Shown: piece after piece, positions 29,387 to 40,756 of the stretch
How positions within the stretch are numbered: the first letter of the stretch is position 1
How the letters are laid out: each line of letters opens with the position of its first letter
Source: Desulfatiglandales bacterium
GTDB taxonomy: Bacteria; Desulfobacterota; DSM-4660; Desulfatiglandales; Desulfatiglandaceae
Assembly (NCBI GenBank): GCA_963662465.1
Contig: OY759599.1
Span: 4,576,001 to 4,640,000 of the forward strand
Direction of reading: 5' to 3'
Length of the DNA: 64,000 bases
Notes under the pieces: model-generated
The model's input: the letters and a program-made list of their open reading frames with translations, nothing else
What the model was told of the DNA's origin: nothing
The model's database searches: none
Program-made: the position numbers and the translations under genes

Positions 29387-30302
29387 AATTGCCCTCCAAA
29401 ATGAATGCTGATTGATTATGGCGTTTGCATAAAGTTTACCCTGCGTGCGTGATGAACTATCGGAAGGAATTTCGCTTCACACTAAAAAGCGTTTTTGGTA
29501 ATTATGCTTTTAAGTTATGCACCCATACATAAAAGCGGAGAAGAAACGACAGGTTGAATGAATGCAAAGACACAATACTTTCGCTTGATTATTCCGTTTA
29601 AGATTCAACTGGCGATTGAATCATAAGGTCATTATTGGGGCCGCATCTTGGATCAACTTCCTCCACAAACAGCGGAGGTCATTAATTGCTGAGATTACTA
29701 TTAAATCCATTAGTTAGTCTAAACCAGTTTTCAAGCACCTGTAAAGCAAAATAAAACAATCATTTGCCAGTCACGAAACCATTGCCTTCGTTTTCACAGA
29801 CCAATTTGCCGGTAACCCAACTGAGAATGGTAGATATCTTCAACAATAATGAAAAATCGGAAAAAGAGTGCCGCTGATACAAGATATGCCAGATATCAAG
29901 TGGGCTTTTCAAAGTTCAAGAAATTTGTGTGATCTTGACAAAGGTCCAGTATGTTGGCAGGTCAAAAAACGTGTAAGATATTCAAGTCTGAGGAATTTGT
30001 AAGACTGATATATCTATTCGATATTAAAACGATTTATATCTTTTAGAGGGCTGCAATACATAGCACAGGTTTTTGTATTATCAAAACTTATTGGGTAATC
30101 CACAAAATTTAATCGCAATATCAGCATTTTCTTCTCCACAAAAATAATTGTGCATAGGTCGCTTTTTTCAAAAAAACTTCTCCACCTGTGACCGTATATG
30201 TTAATCACCTCTGTTATCATAGTCCCAAAAAAATGAATTCCTATCACCCCAGTACCATCTTGCGGAGCTCTCCCGGAGGAATGGACTTCGTATTCCACAT
30301 AG

Positions 30303-30725
30303 CACCGCATAAAACATACCAGCCGGGTAAGGGAAAACCTTGAAGAGATACGGGAAACAATCGACCTCGCCCAACGGGAATTCGCGACAACCGTGGAACA
30401 GTACAGGCGATTAGCATCCAGAGAGATTAACAGCGCCGATCTTGTAAAATATGTAAGGCTGGTATTCGGGCTCAAAGAGCGGAAGTTGAGTCCTGCCCAG
30501 GAAAAACAGGAAAAAATCATACCCAGTGTGACATGGTTGTTTGAAAATGGAAGAGGGAACCGAACCGCCGGCAGGAATTATTGGGGTGCCTACAATGCGG
30601 TCAACGAATACCTGAATTATTTCCGCGGGAAAACTCAGGACAACACCCTGAGCAGTCTCTGGTTCGGTAAAGGCGCCCAACTCAACAAAAATGCTCTCGA
30701 TGTGGCCATGAAATTAGCAGCATAA
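30303..30725 (+). pseudogene. C-terminal fragment of a DUF932-like phage/plasmid protein
   Basis: RIKHT...WGAYNAVNEY...SLWFGKGAQL.K.AL; open frame begins right after a stop, no RBS/start. Confidence 0.7.
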
Positions 30726-31093
30726 GGTATGGAATTAAGAATAAGCCATCCCTTCGATTCCAGTGAACACGAGAGGAATAGTTTCGATGTGACTGCATTT
30801 CACAAAAGCCTGGGCATCACCTATTTTATCGGGAAGGAAGCTGTCCCTCCAGGGGAGATGCGGCAGACAGTACTGCAAGCATTTTATTGCTTGAAATACG
30901 CCTGTGCATCAGTTTTTTTTCGGCACCTCTATTTTCTATTAAACGGAGTAGCAGGTTGAGACTGATACTAAAAATAAAGTGTTTTGATTGATTTTATCCT
31001 CATTTTGCGATATAAAATTGTGCAACCTATAAACGTGACGCAGTAACAACCTTTTTCGGCAGAGTAAGGATGGCGTATGGCTCACGGATAAAC

Positions 31094-31134
31094 AAAACCC
31101 CGATTCTTTAATATGTGAAGAACGGGTTTTTTTT
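31094..31134 (+). terminator. Intrinsic terminator-like hairpin
   Basis: AAAACCC..G.TTCTT / AAGAAC GGGTTTT followed by a T-run. Confidence 0.6.
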
Positions 31135-31253
31135 CTTTGGAACTCAGGGATGGATTAGAGCAAGGCCGGTGGCCCCATTTCCCAGAACAGGATTGACTTA
31201 CTCACACCAGAGATGAATATGAACGAACATCAATGGAATTTTGAAAAGCTGGT

Positions 31254-31732
31254 GGTGTCAAATTCGACCAAACCGTTGCCTTGACAGGTTTTTACAGCAA
31301 GAAAGACTATCCGGAAAAGCTACGCTGAATAAAATACTTTGATGCGGAAAAAGGCAGATCATTTATCTTTCTCACGAATCAATTCACCCTACCAGCCATA
31401 ACGATTGCAGAACTATATCGATACAGGTGGCGAGTGGAGATTTGTTTTCAAATGGATCAAACAATATTTGCAAATCAAGAGTTTCTGTGGCACCTTGAAA
31501 AACGCTGTGAAAACGCAAATCTGGATTGCGGTATCAACGTATGTTTTGGTCGCCATAATGGAAAAGCGGCTGAAAATCGATTTGACTCTCTATACTATTT
31601 TACAAATTTTGAGCATCACGTTATTCGAGAAAATGCATATTTTAGAGGCTTTCACGGTAAAAGATTACAGGAGCTAGTTCGCTACTGGACCTATCCAATT
31701 GAAATTATTTGAATCTTAACCGGATATAACTG
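31254..31732 (+). mobile_element. Degraded IS4-family transposase (3' part) with probable right end
   Basis: DQTVALTG..YPEKLR*..FLTN..IAELYRYRW.VE, frameshift, FKWIKQ.L.IK.F.GT..NAVKTQIW; end TTAACCGGATATAACTG. Confidence 0.85.
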
Positions 31733-31869
31733 ACAATTTACTAAACATGATGAGATCTATTAATCATTGGCGTTGAAACATAATTTGGGCGGATAAATCG
31801 CGTATAATCAGGCTCACAGGCTCAAAAGTATCCCTTTATGTTAACAACAACTAATCCTGGAAAATTTAT

Positions 31870-32379
31870 ATGAAAAAAAAGGTCTTACAACATATTTTTT
31901 CACTTAGAATTTGTGTCGGTTATCTCGGCGAGGCCGATCAATATTCCTGGTGGTCCAGCGGGTTCTTTTCTTCTACGAGCACTGCGTTTCTTTCACCGGT
32001 GTTTAGTAAAACAAGTTTTGCAGCTCAGTATTATGGTGTGAGAGAAGCCGCAATGATTGTGCATGATGAGCATATCGGTATCGGTAAAGGCGTATTCCAT
32101 TTATTCAGGCTACCGGAAACTCATGAAATTGAAATGCATCGCCTTCTGAACAATCCGGATACAAAAACAGCTGTTCAAGATCTCATCAAAAATAGGGAAG
32201 CAGCAGAACAATTTTTATCTGAATTCGGGGAAGACAATGGTGAACAAACCGTTGGCCCTTATCGACTGGATGATACAAGCAAAATCTTAATCCCCAAAAC
32301 CTGGGAAAAAGTTGCCGGACAATATGCAGCTGCATTTAAAAATGGCAATAAGACGTTCCCCTATTTCACGACATCATAA
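31870..32379 (+). CDS. brxE: BREX BrxE-family protein
   Basis: VGYLGE...WW...AFLSPVF...AAMIVHDEHIGIG..FHLFRLPE; first gene of the operon. Confidence 0.8.
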   Translation: MKKKVLQHIFSLRICVGYLGEADQYSWWSSGFFSSTSTAFLSPVFSKTSFAAQYYGVREAAMIVHDEHIGIGKGVFHLFRLPETHEIEMHRLLNNPDTKTAVQDLIKNREAAEQFLSEFGEDNGEQTVGPYRLDDTSKILIPKTWEKVAGQYAAAFKNGNKTFPYFTTS

Positions 32380-33164
32380 TGAATAACCACAAACCATACA
32401 CCACACAACTAAGCGCCGGCCAGGGAGCAATTGACGAAACCCGAACACTCCTGGATCTGTGGCAGCCGGGAATAAAAGCATCTGCGCTATATCAGACTGC
32501 TCTGGATTCTGGTTATTTTTCCAATGTAACCGCAAGGCGGTTACGCAATATTGTGAAGGAATGTTTTTTGCCCAGATACCTCGTTAAAGGGGATTATCCT
32601 GCCGTTTTATTAAAAGCACTAAAAAACAACCTTTCCTCAGCAGAATTGTCGAAACTATTTTTTCTTTTCACCGCAAGGGCCAATCCGATTTTGGCGGATT
32701 TTGTCAAAATGGTTTATTGGGCCAAATATGTCAGCGGCCAAGATTCAATCAGCAACACGGATGCAAAAAATTTTGTCATTGAAGCAAACCAGAACAGCAA
32801 AACCATTCGTTATTGGTCAGAACGTACCATTCAAAGGATGGCGGGTTATCTAACCGGCTGCTGCGCAGACTTTGGCATGCTTGAAAAAGGCCGCAAAAGT
32901 GTCCGTAAAATCATACCCTTTCGGATCGAACAAAAGGCAATGGCTTTACTGGCATATGATCTTCATTTTGCCGGTTTTGGTGATAACGCAGTAATTGCGC
33001 ATCCGGACTGGGAGTTGTTCGGATTGGAAAAAGAAGATTTGAAAGAGGAAATGAAACGTCTTTCTCTTAAAGGTTTTTTTATCATTCAATCTGCCGGAGA
33101 CGTTATACGCATTGGATGGAATCATAAAAGTTGGGAGGACCTGATTCATGTCATCGCTAAATGA
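32379..33164 (+). CDS. brxA: BREX BrxA (DUF1819)
   Basis: YTTQL.AG, TARRLRNIV.ECF, WSERT...DFG; gene order. Confidence 0.85.
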   Translation: MNNHKPYTTQLSAGQGAIDETRTLLDLWQPGIKASALYQTALDSGYFSNVTARRLRNIVKECFLPRYLVKGDYPAVLLKALKNNLSSAELSKLFFLFTARANPILADFVKMVYWAKYVSGQDSISNTDAKNFVIEANQNSKTIRYWSERTIQRMAGYLTGCCADFGMLEKGRKSVRKIIPFRIEQKAMALLAYDLHFAGFGDNAVIAHPDWELFGLEKEDLKEEMKRLSLKGFFIIQSAGDVIRIGWNHKSWEDLIHVIAK

Positions 33165-33552
33165 TGATTTCAAAGAATTGTTGGAACGAATACGGCATGG
33201 CCGCGAACTTGGGCACGCCAGCTTTGAGCCGATTTATTATCTCGTATTTTCACCATCCAAGATTTTGGAAGTGAAACGGCAAATGCCGGCCTGGACAGCC
33301 AAGTTGAAAAATGACGGATGGAATGTACATATCTTTTCAATTATGGAAAATATTGCACAAATACTTGAAAACGCTCCCCTCAGAAAGATATGGCTCACGG
33401 CTGACAGCAAAAACCCAACCAATTGGGAAAAAACCAATCAGTCTTTAGCAAATACATTAAGCAATGGGTCTTTGCAAAAAGCACTCGAACAAAAGCTTGC
33501 TGAATTGGATAATCGAGTAATCTATCATAGGTGTTGGAATGGAAAAAATTAA
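33148..33552 (+). pseudogene. brxB: BREX BrxB (DUF1788), apparently missing its C-terminal part
   Basis: FEPIYYLVF.P N-terminus; only 134 aa; lacks the usual C-terminal ..HP..R / YPG / NYR segment. Confidence 0.7.
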
Positions 33553-36500
33553 AGAACTGTTTGATCCCAAAAAAAATATACGGCGGACCATTGAAAAAGT
33601 CATCACCTATAATGCATCCCAGGAAAACAGGCTGAAAGCCGAGATAACGGAATATGTCGTCACTCATAGTATTGAAGACCAGTTTGAAAAATTGCTTTCA
33701 AGAATGCAGGCAGCGCTGGAAGCCGGAGGTGAAAATGAAGTCGGTGTATGGGTTTCCGGTTTTTATGGTTCCGGAAAAAGCTCATTTACCAAGTATTTAG
33801 GATTGGCCTTTGATGACCAAGTTCAAATTGACGGAACGCCTTTTATAAAGCACTTGCAGGATCGGCTCCATAAAGCCCAGACCAAAGCACTCTTGTCAAC
33901 TGTTTCCAAACGGTTTCCCGCAGCGGTTGTCTTTTTGGACCTTGCCAGTGAAATGCTTGCCGGTGCCACCATGGAAGATGTATCCACGGTGCTTTTTTAT
34001 AAAGTGCTTCAATTTGCAGGTTACTCACGCAATATAAAAGTGGCGGCTTTTGAACGCAGGCTTCAAAAAGATGGCCGGTATGACGAATTCAAACAAAAAG
34101 TCAAGACCGATATAGGTACCGATTGGCCGTCCATTCAAAATGACCCCCTCGTTGTAGACAGCATGATTCCGGATATTGCCCATCAGATGTATCCTGAAAT
34201 ATTTAAAACCTCATCCGCATTTAACACGGAAACAAGCGACTTTATTCAATTTGAAAATGAACGTGTCAAAGAAATGTTAGATATTGTGCGCGATGCCACC
34301 GGCAAACAACATATTCTTTTTATAATTGATGAAGTGGGGCAATATATTGGGTCACGCCAAAATCTTATCCTTAATATGGACGGGCTTGCCAAAAACCTTA
34401 AACAAATCGGCGACGGCAAAGTCTGGATTATCAGTACCGCCCAACAAACACTTACCGAAGATGATCCCAGGGCAGCGCTCAACTCTCCGGCACTTTACAA
34501 ACTAAAAGACCGTTTTCCGATTCAAATTGACCTGGAATCCAGCGATATCAAAGAAATTTGTTACAAGCGATTATTGGGCAAATCTTCAGCAGGCGAAAAA
34601 TTACTGGATAATTGTTTCGTCAAAAACGGTGAGGCATTAAGGCACAATACAAAACTTCAGGACGCCAAGTATTATGACTCTGATTTTAATAAAGAGACCT
34701 TTATAAACCTGTATCCTTTTTTGCCGGCACATTTTGATATCCTTCTTCATCTTTTGGGCGCATTGGCAAAATCCACTGGTGGCATCGGCCTCCGATCAGC
34801 CATTAAAGTGGTGCAGGATATATTAATAGAAGGTATCGCAAATCAACCGTCGGTGGCCGAACAATTGGTGGGTTGGCTGACCACAACCGTCATTATCTAT
34901 GATGCCTTGGAAAAAGACACCCGACGGGCCTTTCCTTCCATTCACCAGGCAGTGGGAAAGGTGCTGATCCGGTTTAATGATTCAAAGATTCATCAAGATG
35001 TTGCCAAGACAGTAGCCATTCTTCAGATTTTGGGCAACCTGCCTGTAACAATTCAAAATGTGTCCAGCTTAATGCACCCAGGCATCACTTCCCCATCCTG
35101 CAAGGATCAAGTGCAAACAGCCGTGAATGAATTAATCAATGATCCGTTTGTCCCGTTTGGGGAACAAGAAGGGAATCTCTGTTTTTTCAGTGAAAAACTT
35201 AATGACATTGAACTGGAGCGCTCCCAAATTCCCTTACGAACCATAGAAACCCGGCGGCTTTTTAATGAAGCATTAAAAGAAGCCTTCAATCCTTTGCCAA
35301 CCACCCGATTAAACGGCACATTGGTGGTCCGGACCGGATTGAAATCCCAGAGCGGATCATTTGCCGCAAGTCTTGCTGGTGAGCGCGAAACCATTCAGAC
35401 CATTGTGGAACTTAGCGCACCAGGTAATTTTGATACGGATCATACCCGAATAATCGATGAGTCCAGGGCGCGCAGTTCTCAATACACAATCTATCTTCTG
35501 GGCAAAGAAGATCCGGTTGTGAATGACAAACTGGCGGAAATGTATCGTTGCCGGGAAATTTGCAATCGCTATCGAAATGAACCCGACCAGGAAGTAAAAG
35601 AATACTGTTCTGCGCAATCAGACCGATCAACAAAACTGGCAAATGAGCTGCAACACCTTATTAAGCGATCCCTTGCCAAAGGAAGTTTTTTGTTTCGTGG
35701 CAAATCAACGGCGGTGGACAACTTGGATCAAGATTTGCTCGAATCATGCAAAAAACATCTTGCAAGTGTTGCCCCCCAGGTGTTTGATAAAAATTCCGAA
35801 GCCCCGGTCCGTGTGGACACCTCTTTGGCTGAAAAATTTTTAAAAGCAGGCAATTTGTCTGCCATCACATCTCAAATTGATCCATTGGATCTTGTGCAGA
35901 CCGTCGGTGCCACCCCATCGATACGCAAAGACCATATTTCTTTGATCAGCATCCGTGACTATATCGACCGCAATGGAACAGTTGAAGGAAAACGTTTGAT
36001 AGAGCACTTCACAAGTGCCCCATTCGGATGGTCTCAAGACACATTACGATATCTTATTGCCGCATTGCTTCTTGCCGGTGAAATCAAGCTAAAGGTTTCC
36101 GGCCGGGAAGTTACCGTGAATGGCCAACAGGCCATTGATGCCCTAAAGACAAACAATACCTTTAAATCCGTTGGGATCTCTCTGCGTGAGGGAAGGCCTT
36201 CTAATGAAATCCTTGCGCGAGCGGCGGAACGTTTGACGGATTTGATCGGCGATACGGTCGTTCCATTGGAAGATGAAATCAGTAAAGCCACAGCAAAGTA
36301 TCTGCCCCAATTTCAATCTAAATACGCCCCATTAGCGGAAAAGCTGGATACTTTAAATCTCCCGGGAGCAGATCGTTTAAAATCGGTTAGCAAAGAGATC
36401 GCAGATATTCTTTTTACCGATGCATCCGATGCCCCGGAACGGCTCGGCGGGGAAGAATCCGGTCTATACGATAATCTAAAATGGGCGGGGATTGTAGATA

Positions 36501-37165
36501 TAGCATTTAAACAAGGGCTGGAAAGCACTATAAAGGAACTGCAGCAGCATCTTACAGCTATTAATTCATTCCCAGAGTCTGGCGTGCCGGGATTATTGCG
36601 GCAAGATCTTGCAGAAGAAATTTCGCTATTAGAAGAACGTCTTTCAACTGAAAATTTTTTCCGAAATGCAACCGAGTTTACCACTGCGCTAACCAGCATT
36701 AAAACATGTGTCCGTGATGCCACAGAAAAAATGAATGAAGTACAGGAAAAAACCATTAAAGAAGCAGAAACAGACCTTAGGCGATTAAACGAATGGCATG
36801 AGCTGACTCAGGAAGAGCAAACCAGCGTTTTATCACAAATTGAAAATTTTAAGATTACGCCGGAAGAAAACATTGATGGAATAAAACAACTTATCACCCA
36901 AGAGTTTAATATTTATACGACGATCCAAGACATACGCAAAAGAATCATCTCCATGGGAGAAGAACGTGCAGCCAAAAAAGAAAAAGAACGGCTGGAAAAA
37001 GCAAAAGAAGAAAACACTTATTTAAAAACGTATTCAATCCCCCTTAAGATTATCTCTCTTCAGCAGCTAAACGATATGCTGAAGAATATTGAGCAAATTC
37101 GAGTGGATGCTATAAAACACGATAAGTTCGAAATACGTTTTATTGTTGAACCGTCATCTGATTGA
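33539..37165 (+). CDS. brxC: BREX P-loop ATPase BrxC
   Basis: GVWVSGFYGSGKS, IIDEVGQY, LKDRF, YPFLP, APFGW; 1208 aa. Confidence 0.95.
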   Translation: MEKIKELFDPKKNIRRTIEKVITYNASQENRLKAEITEYVVTHSIEDQFEKLLSRMQAALEAGGENEVGVWVSGFYGSGKSSFTKYLGLAFDDQVQIDGTPFIKHLQDRLHKAQTKALLSTVSKRFPAAVVFLDLASEMLAGATMEDVSTVLFYKVLQFAGYSRNIKVAAFERRLQKDGRYDEFKQKVKTDIGTDWPSIQNDPLVVDSMIPDIAHQMYPEIFKTSSAFNTETSDFIQFENERVKEMLDIVRDATGKQHILFIIDEVGQYIGSRQNLILNMDGLAKNLKQIGDGKVWIISTAQQTLTEDDPRAALNSPALYKLKDRFPIQIDLESSDIKEICYKRLLGKSSAGEKLLDNCFVKNGEALRHNTKLQDAKYYDSDFNKETFINLYPFLPAHFDILLHLLGALAKSTGGIGLRSAIKVVQDILIEGIANQPSVAEQLVGWLTTTVIIYDALEKDTRRAFPSIHQAVGKVLIRFNDSKIHQDVAKTVAILQILGNLPVTIQNVSSLMHPGITSPSCKDQVQTAVNELINDPFVPFGEQEGNLCFFSEKLNDIELERSQIPLRTIETRRLFNEALKEAFNPLPTTRLNGTLVVRTGLKSQSGSFAASLAGERETIQTIVELSAPGNFDTDHTRIIDESRARSSQYTIYLLGKEDPVVNDKLAEMYRCREICNRYRNEPDQEVKEYCSAQSDRSTKLANELQHLIKRSLAKGSFLFRGKSTAVDNLDQDLLESCKKHLASVAPQVFDKNSEAPVRVDTSLAEKFLKAGNLSAITSQIDPLDLVQTVGATPSIRKDHISLISIRDYIDRNGTVEGKRLIEHFTSAPFGWSQDTLRYLIAALLLAGEIKLKVSGREVTVNGQQAIDALKTNNTFKSVGISLREGRPSNEILARAAERLTDLIGDTVVPLEDEISKATAKYLPQFQSKYAPLAEKLDTLNLPGADRLKSVSKEIADILFTDASDAPERLGGEESGLYDNLKWAGIVDIAFKQGLESTIKELQQHLTAINSFPESGVPGLLRQDLAEEISLLEERLSTENFFRNATEFTTALTSIKTCVRDATEKMNEVQEKTIKEAETDLRRLNEWHELTQEEQTSVLSQIENFKITPEENIDGIKQLITQEFNIYTTIQDIRKRIISMGEERAAKKEKERLEKAKEENTYLKTYSIPLKIISLQQLNDMLKNIEQIRVDAIKHDKFEIRFIVEPSSD

Positions 37166-37182
37166 AAACAAGGAGCAGATGG

Positions 37183-38220
37183 ATGATTAATTCGATTTCA
37201 ATAAAGAATTTTACAGCGTTTAAAGATCTTACCGTCAAGTACGGTAAGGGCATCAATGTGTTTTTAGGCGCTAATAGTACAGGAAAATCTCACCTCCTGA
37301 AACTGATGTATGCCTTGTGCGCCGCCAACAAACCGCTCGAAAAGGAACTTTTCGGCGATCCGCAACACTACATATCCAGTAAATTAAAAGGCGTTTTTAA
37401 GCCGGAAGGGAAAATCGGGCGACTCTGTCGCAATGATGAAAAAGCAATCATTCGTGCGGATTTCATTCCCGATCGATCCATTGAATTTGCATTTTCCAGT
37501 GATATGGATGAAGTCGTTATAACGGACAATCAATCATATGAAAAATATAGCTGGGAGCCGGTGTTTATCCCGCCAAAAGAGATGCTCAGCCTTTTTGAAG
37601 GCTTCTCAAGTCTTTATCTTAAGCGTGAACTCACCATTGATGAGACTTATTTTGATCTTTGCCAGGCCATTGAAACCCCCAAATTGAAAGGTGACCATAG
37701 CAAACAGGCATCTAATCTGTTGAAAAAAATAAAGAACATCTGTGAAGGCGAGTTTTTGCTCGTAAAGCAAAAAAAATTCTATTTCAAGCCGACAAAAGGC
37801 GAAATGCTTGAAGTCGAACTGGCTGCTGAAGGGTTTCGCAAATTGGGCATTCTGCAGCGTTTGATTGAAAATGGTCATATCCTGCCTGGCATAACCGGCC
37901 CGTTATTCTGGGATGAACCGGAATCAAACCTCAACCCCTCCCTCATGAAACAACTGGTGATCATTTTGTTGGAAATGGCGCGTGGGGGGCAGCAGATCTT
38001 TTTGGCAACCCATGATTACGTTGTTTTGAAATGGCTTGAGTTACTAAAGAATAAAGATGAGCAGATTTTTTTCCATGCGTTATATAAAAACGATGATGGA
38101 GAAATCGAACTAAACAGTACGGATGATTACTTAAAAATTTGCCCCAATGCCATTGATACAGCGTATTCTGATCTGATCGACCAGGATATTGAAAATACCA
38201 TGGGAGGCCTGGGCAAATGA
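37183..38220 (+). CDS. ABC/AAA_21-type ATPase inserted in the BREX operon
   Basis: IKNFTAF, GANSTGKS, AEGFRKL, WDEPESNLNP, ATHDY. Confidence 0.88.
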   Translation: MINSISIKNFTAFKDLTVKYGKGINVFLGANSTGKSHLLKLMYALCAANKPLEKELFGDPQHYISSKLKGVFKPEGKIGRLCRNDEKAIIRADFIPDRSIEFAFSSDMDEVVITDNQSYEKYSWEPVFIPPKEMLSLFEGFSSLYLKRELTIDETYFDLCQAIETPKLKGDHSKQASNLLKKIKNICEGEFLLVKQKKFYFKPTKGEMLEVELAAEGFRKLGILQRLIENGHILPGITGPLFWDEPESNLNPSLMKQLVIILLEMARGGQQIFLATHDYVVLKWLELLKNKDEQIFFHALYKNDDGEIELNSTDDYLKICPNAIDTAYSDLIDQDIENTMGGLGK

Positions 38221-38699
38221 GGGTCAGTGCGGACGGATTTGAGTTCGATTTTACAGATGCAATAGACGCCTTTATATTTGATGAAAAAGATAAACACCTG
38301 CCGACCTATCATGGATTGTCCCATGCCATGAAAGCCGTGGATATTGTTGTTGAACTTGAAAATGAATATCTGTTTGTTGAAGTGAAGGATTTTTACGCGC
38401 CCGAAGACTATCATGACAAGGACCATTTCAAGCATTTGACGGATGCTTTAAAGTATAAATACCGGGACTCGTTTTTATATCGCTGGGCTGAAAACAAAGT
38501 CGAAAAACCTGTCTATTATCTCTGTCTTCTGACCTTGGACAATGCCCTTATTTCGAGGATGAACAAGGAAATCCGCATACATCTGCCCTCCGGCCGGCCA
38601 ATTGATCGTTGGGAAAAAGAACTTTTACATGAATCACTGGTCTTAAATGAAGAACGGTGGAATCATAATTTCCCCAAATGGCCAGTCAGCCGTTCGTAA
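38217..38699 (+). CDS. Hypothetical protein with PD-(D/E)xK-like nuclease motif
   Basis: KAVDIVVE...LFVEVKD; ATGA overlap with the ATPase. Confidence 0.65.
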   Translation: MRVSADGFEFDFTDAIDAFIFDEKDKHLPTYHGLSHAMKAVDIVVELENEYLFVEVKDFYAPEDYHDKDHFKHLTDALKYKYRDSFLYRWAENKVEKPVYYLCLLTLDNALISRMNKEIRIHLPSGRPIDRWEKELLHESLVLNEERWNHNFPKWPVSRS

Positions 38700-38726
38700 C
38701 CCAAAATTTTATAAGGATACCCTTTC

Positions 38727-39400
38727 ATGGCGTTTGATCAGGCCACCAGAAATAAACTCCAGAAATTTGTATCAGAAGCTCGGGGCTTACTTGCAGACGA
38801 ATTTTCCCGGCAAATGCAAAATGATTATGGCATGGACCCGGATACCGGGGCGGTGAGTACTATCGACAGTCTTCCCCGGTTAACGGATGCACAACACCAA
38901 ACCGCAAAATTATTGCGGGAAACAATGGCCCATTACCAGGCATCCGATTCCGGAAATGATGTAAAGGAGATCTTGGGCCGAATCGTCCGGGAGCAGGCGT
39001 TTACGGTTTTAAACCGGCTGTGTGCCCTGCGCATGGCTGAAGCCCGTGGCATTTTAATTGAATCCATTGCAAAAGAGTACAACTCAAAAGGGTTTCAGTT
39101 GTATGCGCGTGTAGCCGGGACCTCTTTGGGTGAAACCGGTGATGCCTATAGGAACTATCTGTTCAGCGTGTTTGATGAATTTGCAATCGATTTGGCCGTT
39201 TTGTTTGACCGATATTCCCCCATGGGCAGGCTTTTTCCAAAAGAATCCGTCCTTTTGAAACTCCTTGACCAAATCAATGATGTTGAGATCGAAACCTTGT
39301 GGGCCGAAGATGAAACCATTGGCTGGATTTATCAGTATTTTAATTCAAAAGAAGAACGGAAGAAAATGCGGGATGAATCCTCCGCCCCGCGAAACAGCCG
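38727..39400 (+). pseudogene. pglX: PglX/BrxX methyltransferase, N-terminal about 225 aa only
   Basis: FTVLNRLCALRMAEARG, DETIGWIYQYFN, APRNSR, then homology stops before QFFTP and all MTase motifs. Confidence 0.88.
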
Positions 39401-40756
39401 GGTGAAGGTCTTGGAACCGAATTTCAAACTTCTGCCGAACCCATGGCTCCCATCGCCAAAGTGGTCTGTTCTTTTCTCAATACAAAAGGCGGAACGGTTT
39501 TCTGCGGAGTCGATGAGAATGGAAAAATTGTCGGCATTGAAGATGCCCGCTCCATTGCCTTACGTCTCCAGGCCTTTTTAAATGACGCTATTTCGCCCAA
39601 AGCCTTTTTTTCCGTCAATATCGATGAAGAAGACAGTCGATCGATTATCAACATTGAGGTGCCGCAGGGGAAAGATCGGCCCTATGTATTTGAAGGAGCG
39701 GTTTACATTCGTCAAAAATCGAAAACGCGTACATCTGACGCAATGACGTTAAGGAATATGGTGCAGACCCAATCCATCGAACCCGACCGTTGGGAGCGCC
39801 GGCCGTCCATGGCGCTGGAAGCAGAAGATCTGAACACCAATGAAATTCTTAAAACCATCGAGGATGCAGTTAGATCAGGTCGATTTGACTTCTCGAATGC
39901 GAAGGATCAAATTGCGGTCCTTGCGGAATTGGGGGTCTATCGGTCCTGAATGTACACCCAGGCCGCTGATGTGTTTTTCGCAAAAAATCCTGCCCTCAGG
40001 CATCCCCAGGTCCGGGTTCGCGCCACCCGTTTTGCCGAAGATAAAGGATCGAATGAATTTCTTGATTCCCGGATTTTTCAGGGGCCCCTGGTTCAGGTAC
40101 TAAACAAGGTGCTTGATTTTATGGAGAGAAACCTCCCCATCACTTCACACTTTAACAATGACCGGATTCAGCGGGAGGATAAACCGCAATATCCGGTGTA
40201 TGCGTTGCGCGAAGGACTGGTCAATGCGTTTGCCCACAGAGATTACACCGGTTTTTCAGGAGGTCTTTCAATCGGCATTTATCCTACAAGAATCGAAATT
40301 TGGAACTCCGGACGATTGCCGAAAGAACTGAAGGTAGGGGATTTACGTAAAAACCACCCGTCATTACCGACCAATCCGGATATCGCGCATTTGATTTACA
40401 TCAGGGGCCTGATGGAGCAAATCGGCCGTGGAACACAAAAAGTAATAAACGCATGCCGGGAGCATGGATTGCCCGCCCCTAAATGGCAGGATCAACCATC
40501 CGGCGTGACGCTGACATTATACTCAGCAAAGTCCGCGGTTTCTGATGAGACCCCATTAAATAACCGCCAGAAAGCCTTGATTGAGGCGCTCGCTCCCGGA
40601 GGTGAAATAAGACCTAAAGATTACAGGAAAAATTTCGCATCTGATGTGTCCGAACGCCAGGCACGGCGAGATTTAACGGTTCTCGAAGCATTAGCCTTGC
40701 TGGAGCGAAAGGGGAAAGGGGCGGGCACGCGATATGTGAGAGCTAAGCAGACATGA
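39401..40756 (+). pseudogene. AlbA_2/Schlafen-HATPase-wHTH protein, 5'-truncated, with in-frame TGA at 39947-39949
   Basis: GEG..TEF..CSFLNTKGG.VFCGV; ALREGLVNAFAHRDY; GRG; ARRDL..L HTH; both ORFs share one frame. Confidence 0.85.

Noticed and set aside
29390..30300. AT-rich interval, ORF 30014..30520 and possible att sites for the island
   Set aside because: No recognisable protein, integrase, tRNA or convincing flanking direct repeat seen by eye.
39401..39581. C-terminal 60 aa of the 284-aa PglX ORF
   Set aside because: Out-of-frame read-through into the AlbA gene after the deletion junction.
39947..39949. In-frame TGA codons here, in IS4 (about 31326) and in the toxin (46924) as selenocysteine or a recoded stop
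   Set aside because: Contexts fit Gly/Arg codons mutated to TGA in already damaged genes, and many intact genes here end at TGA.
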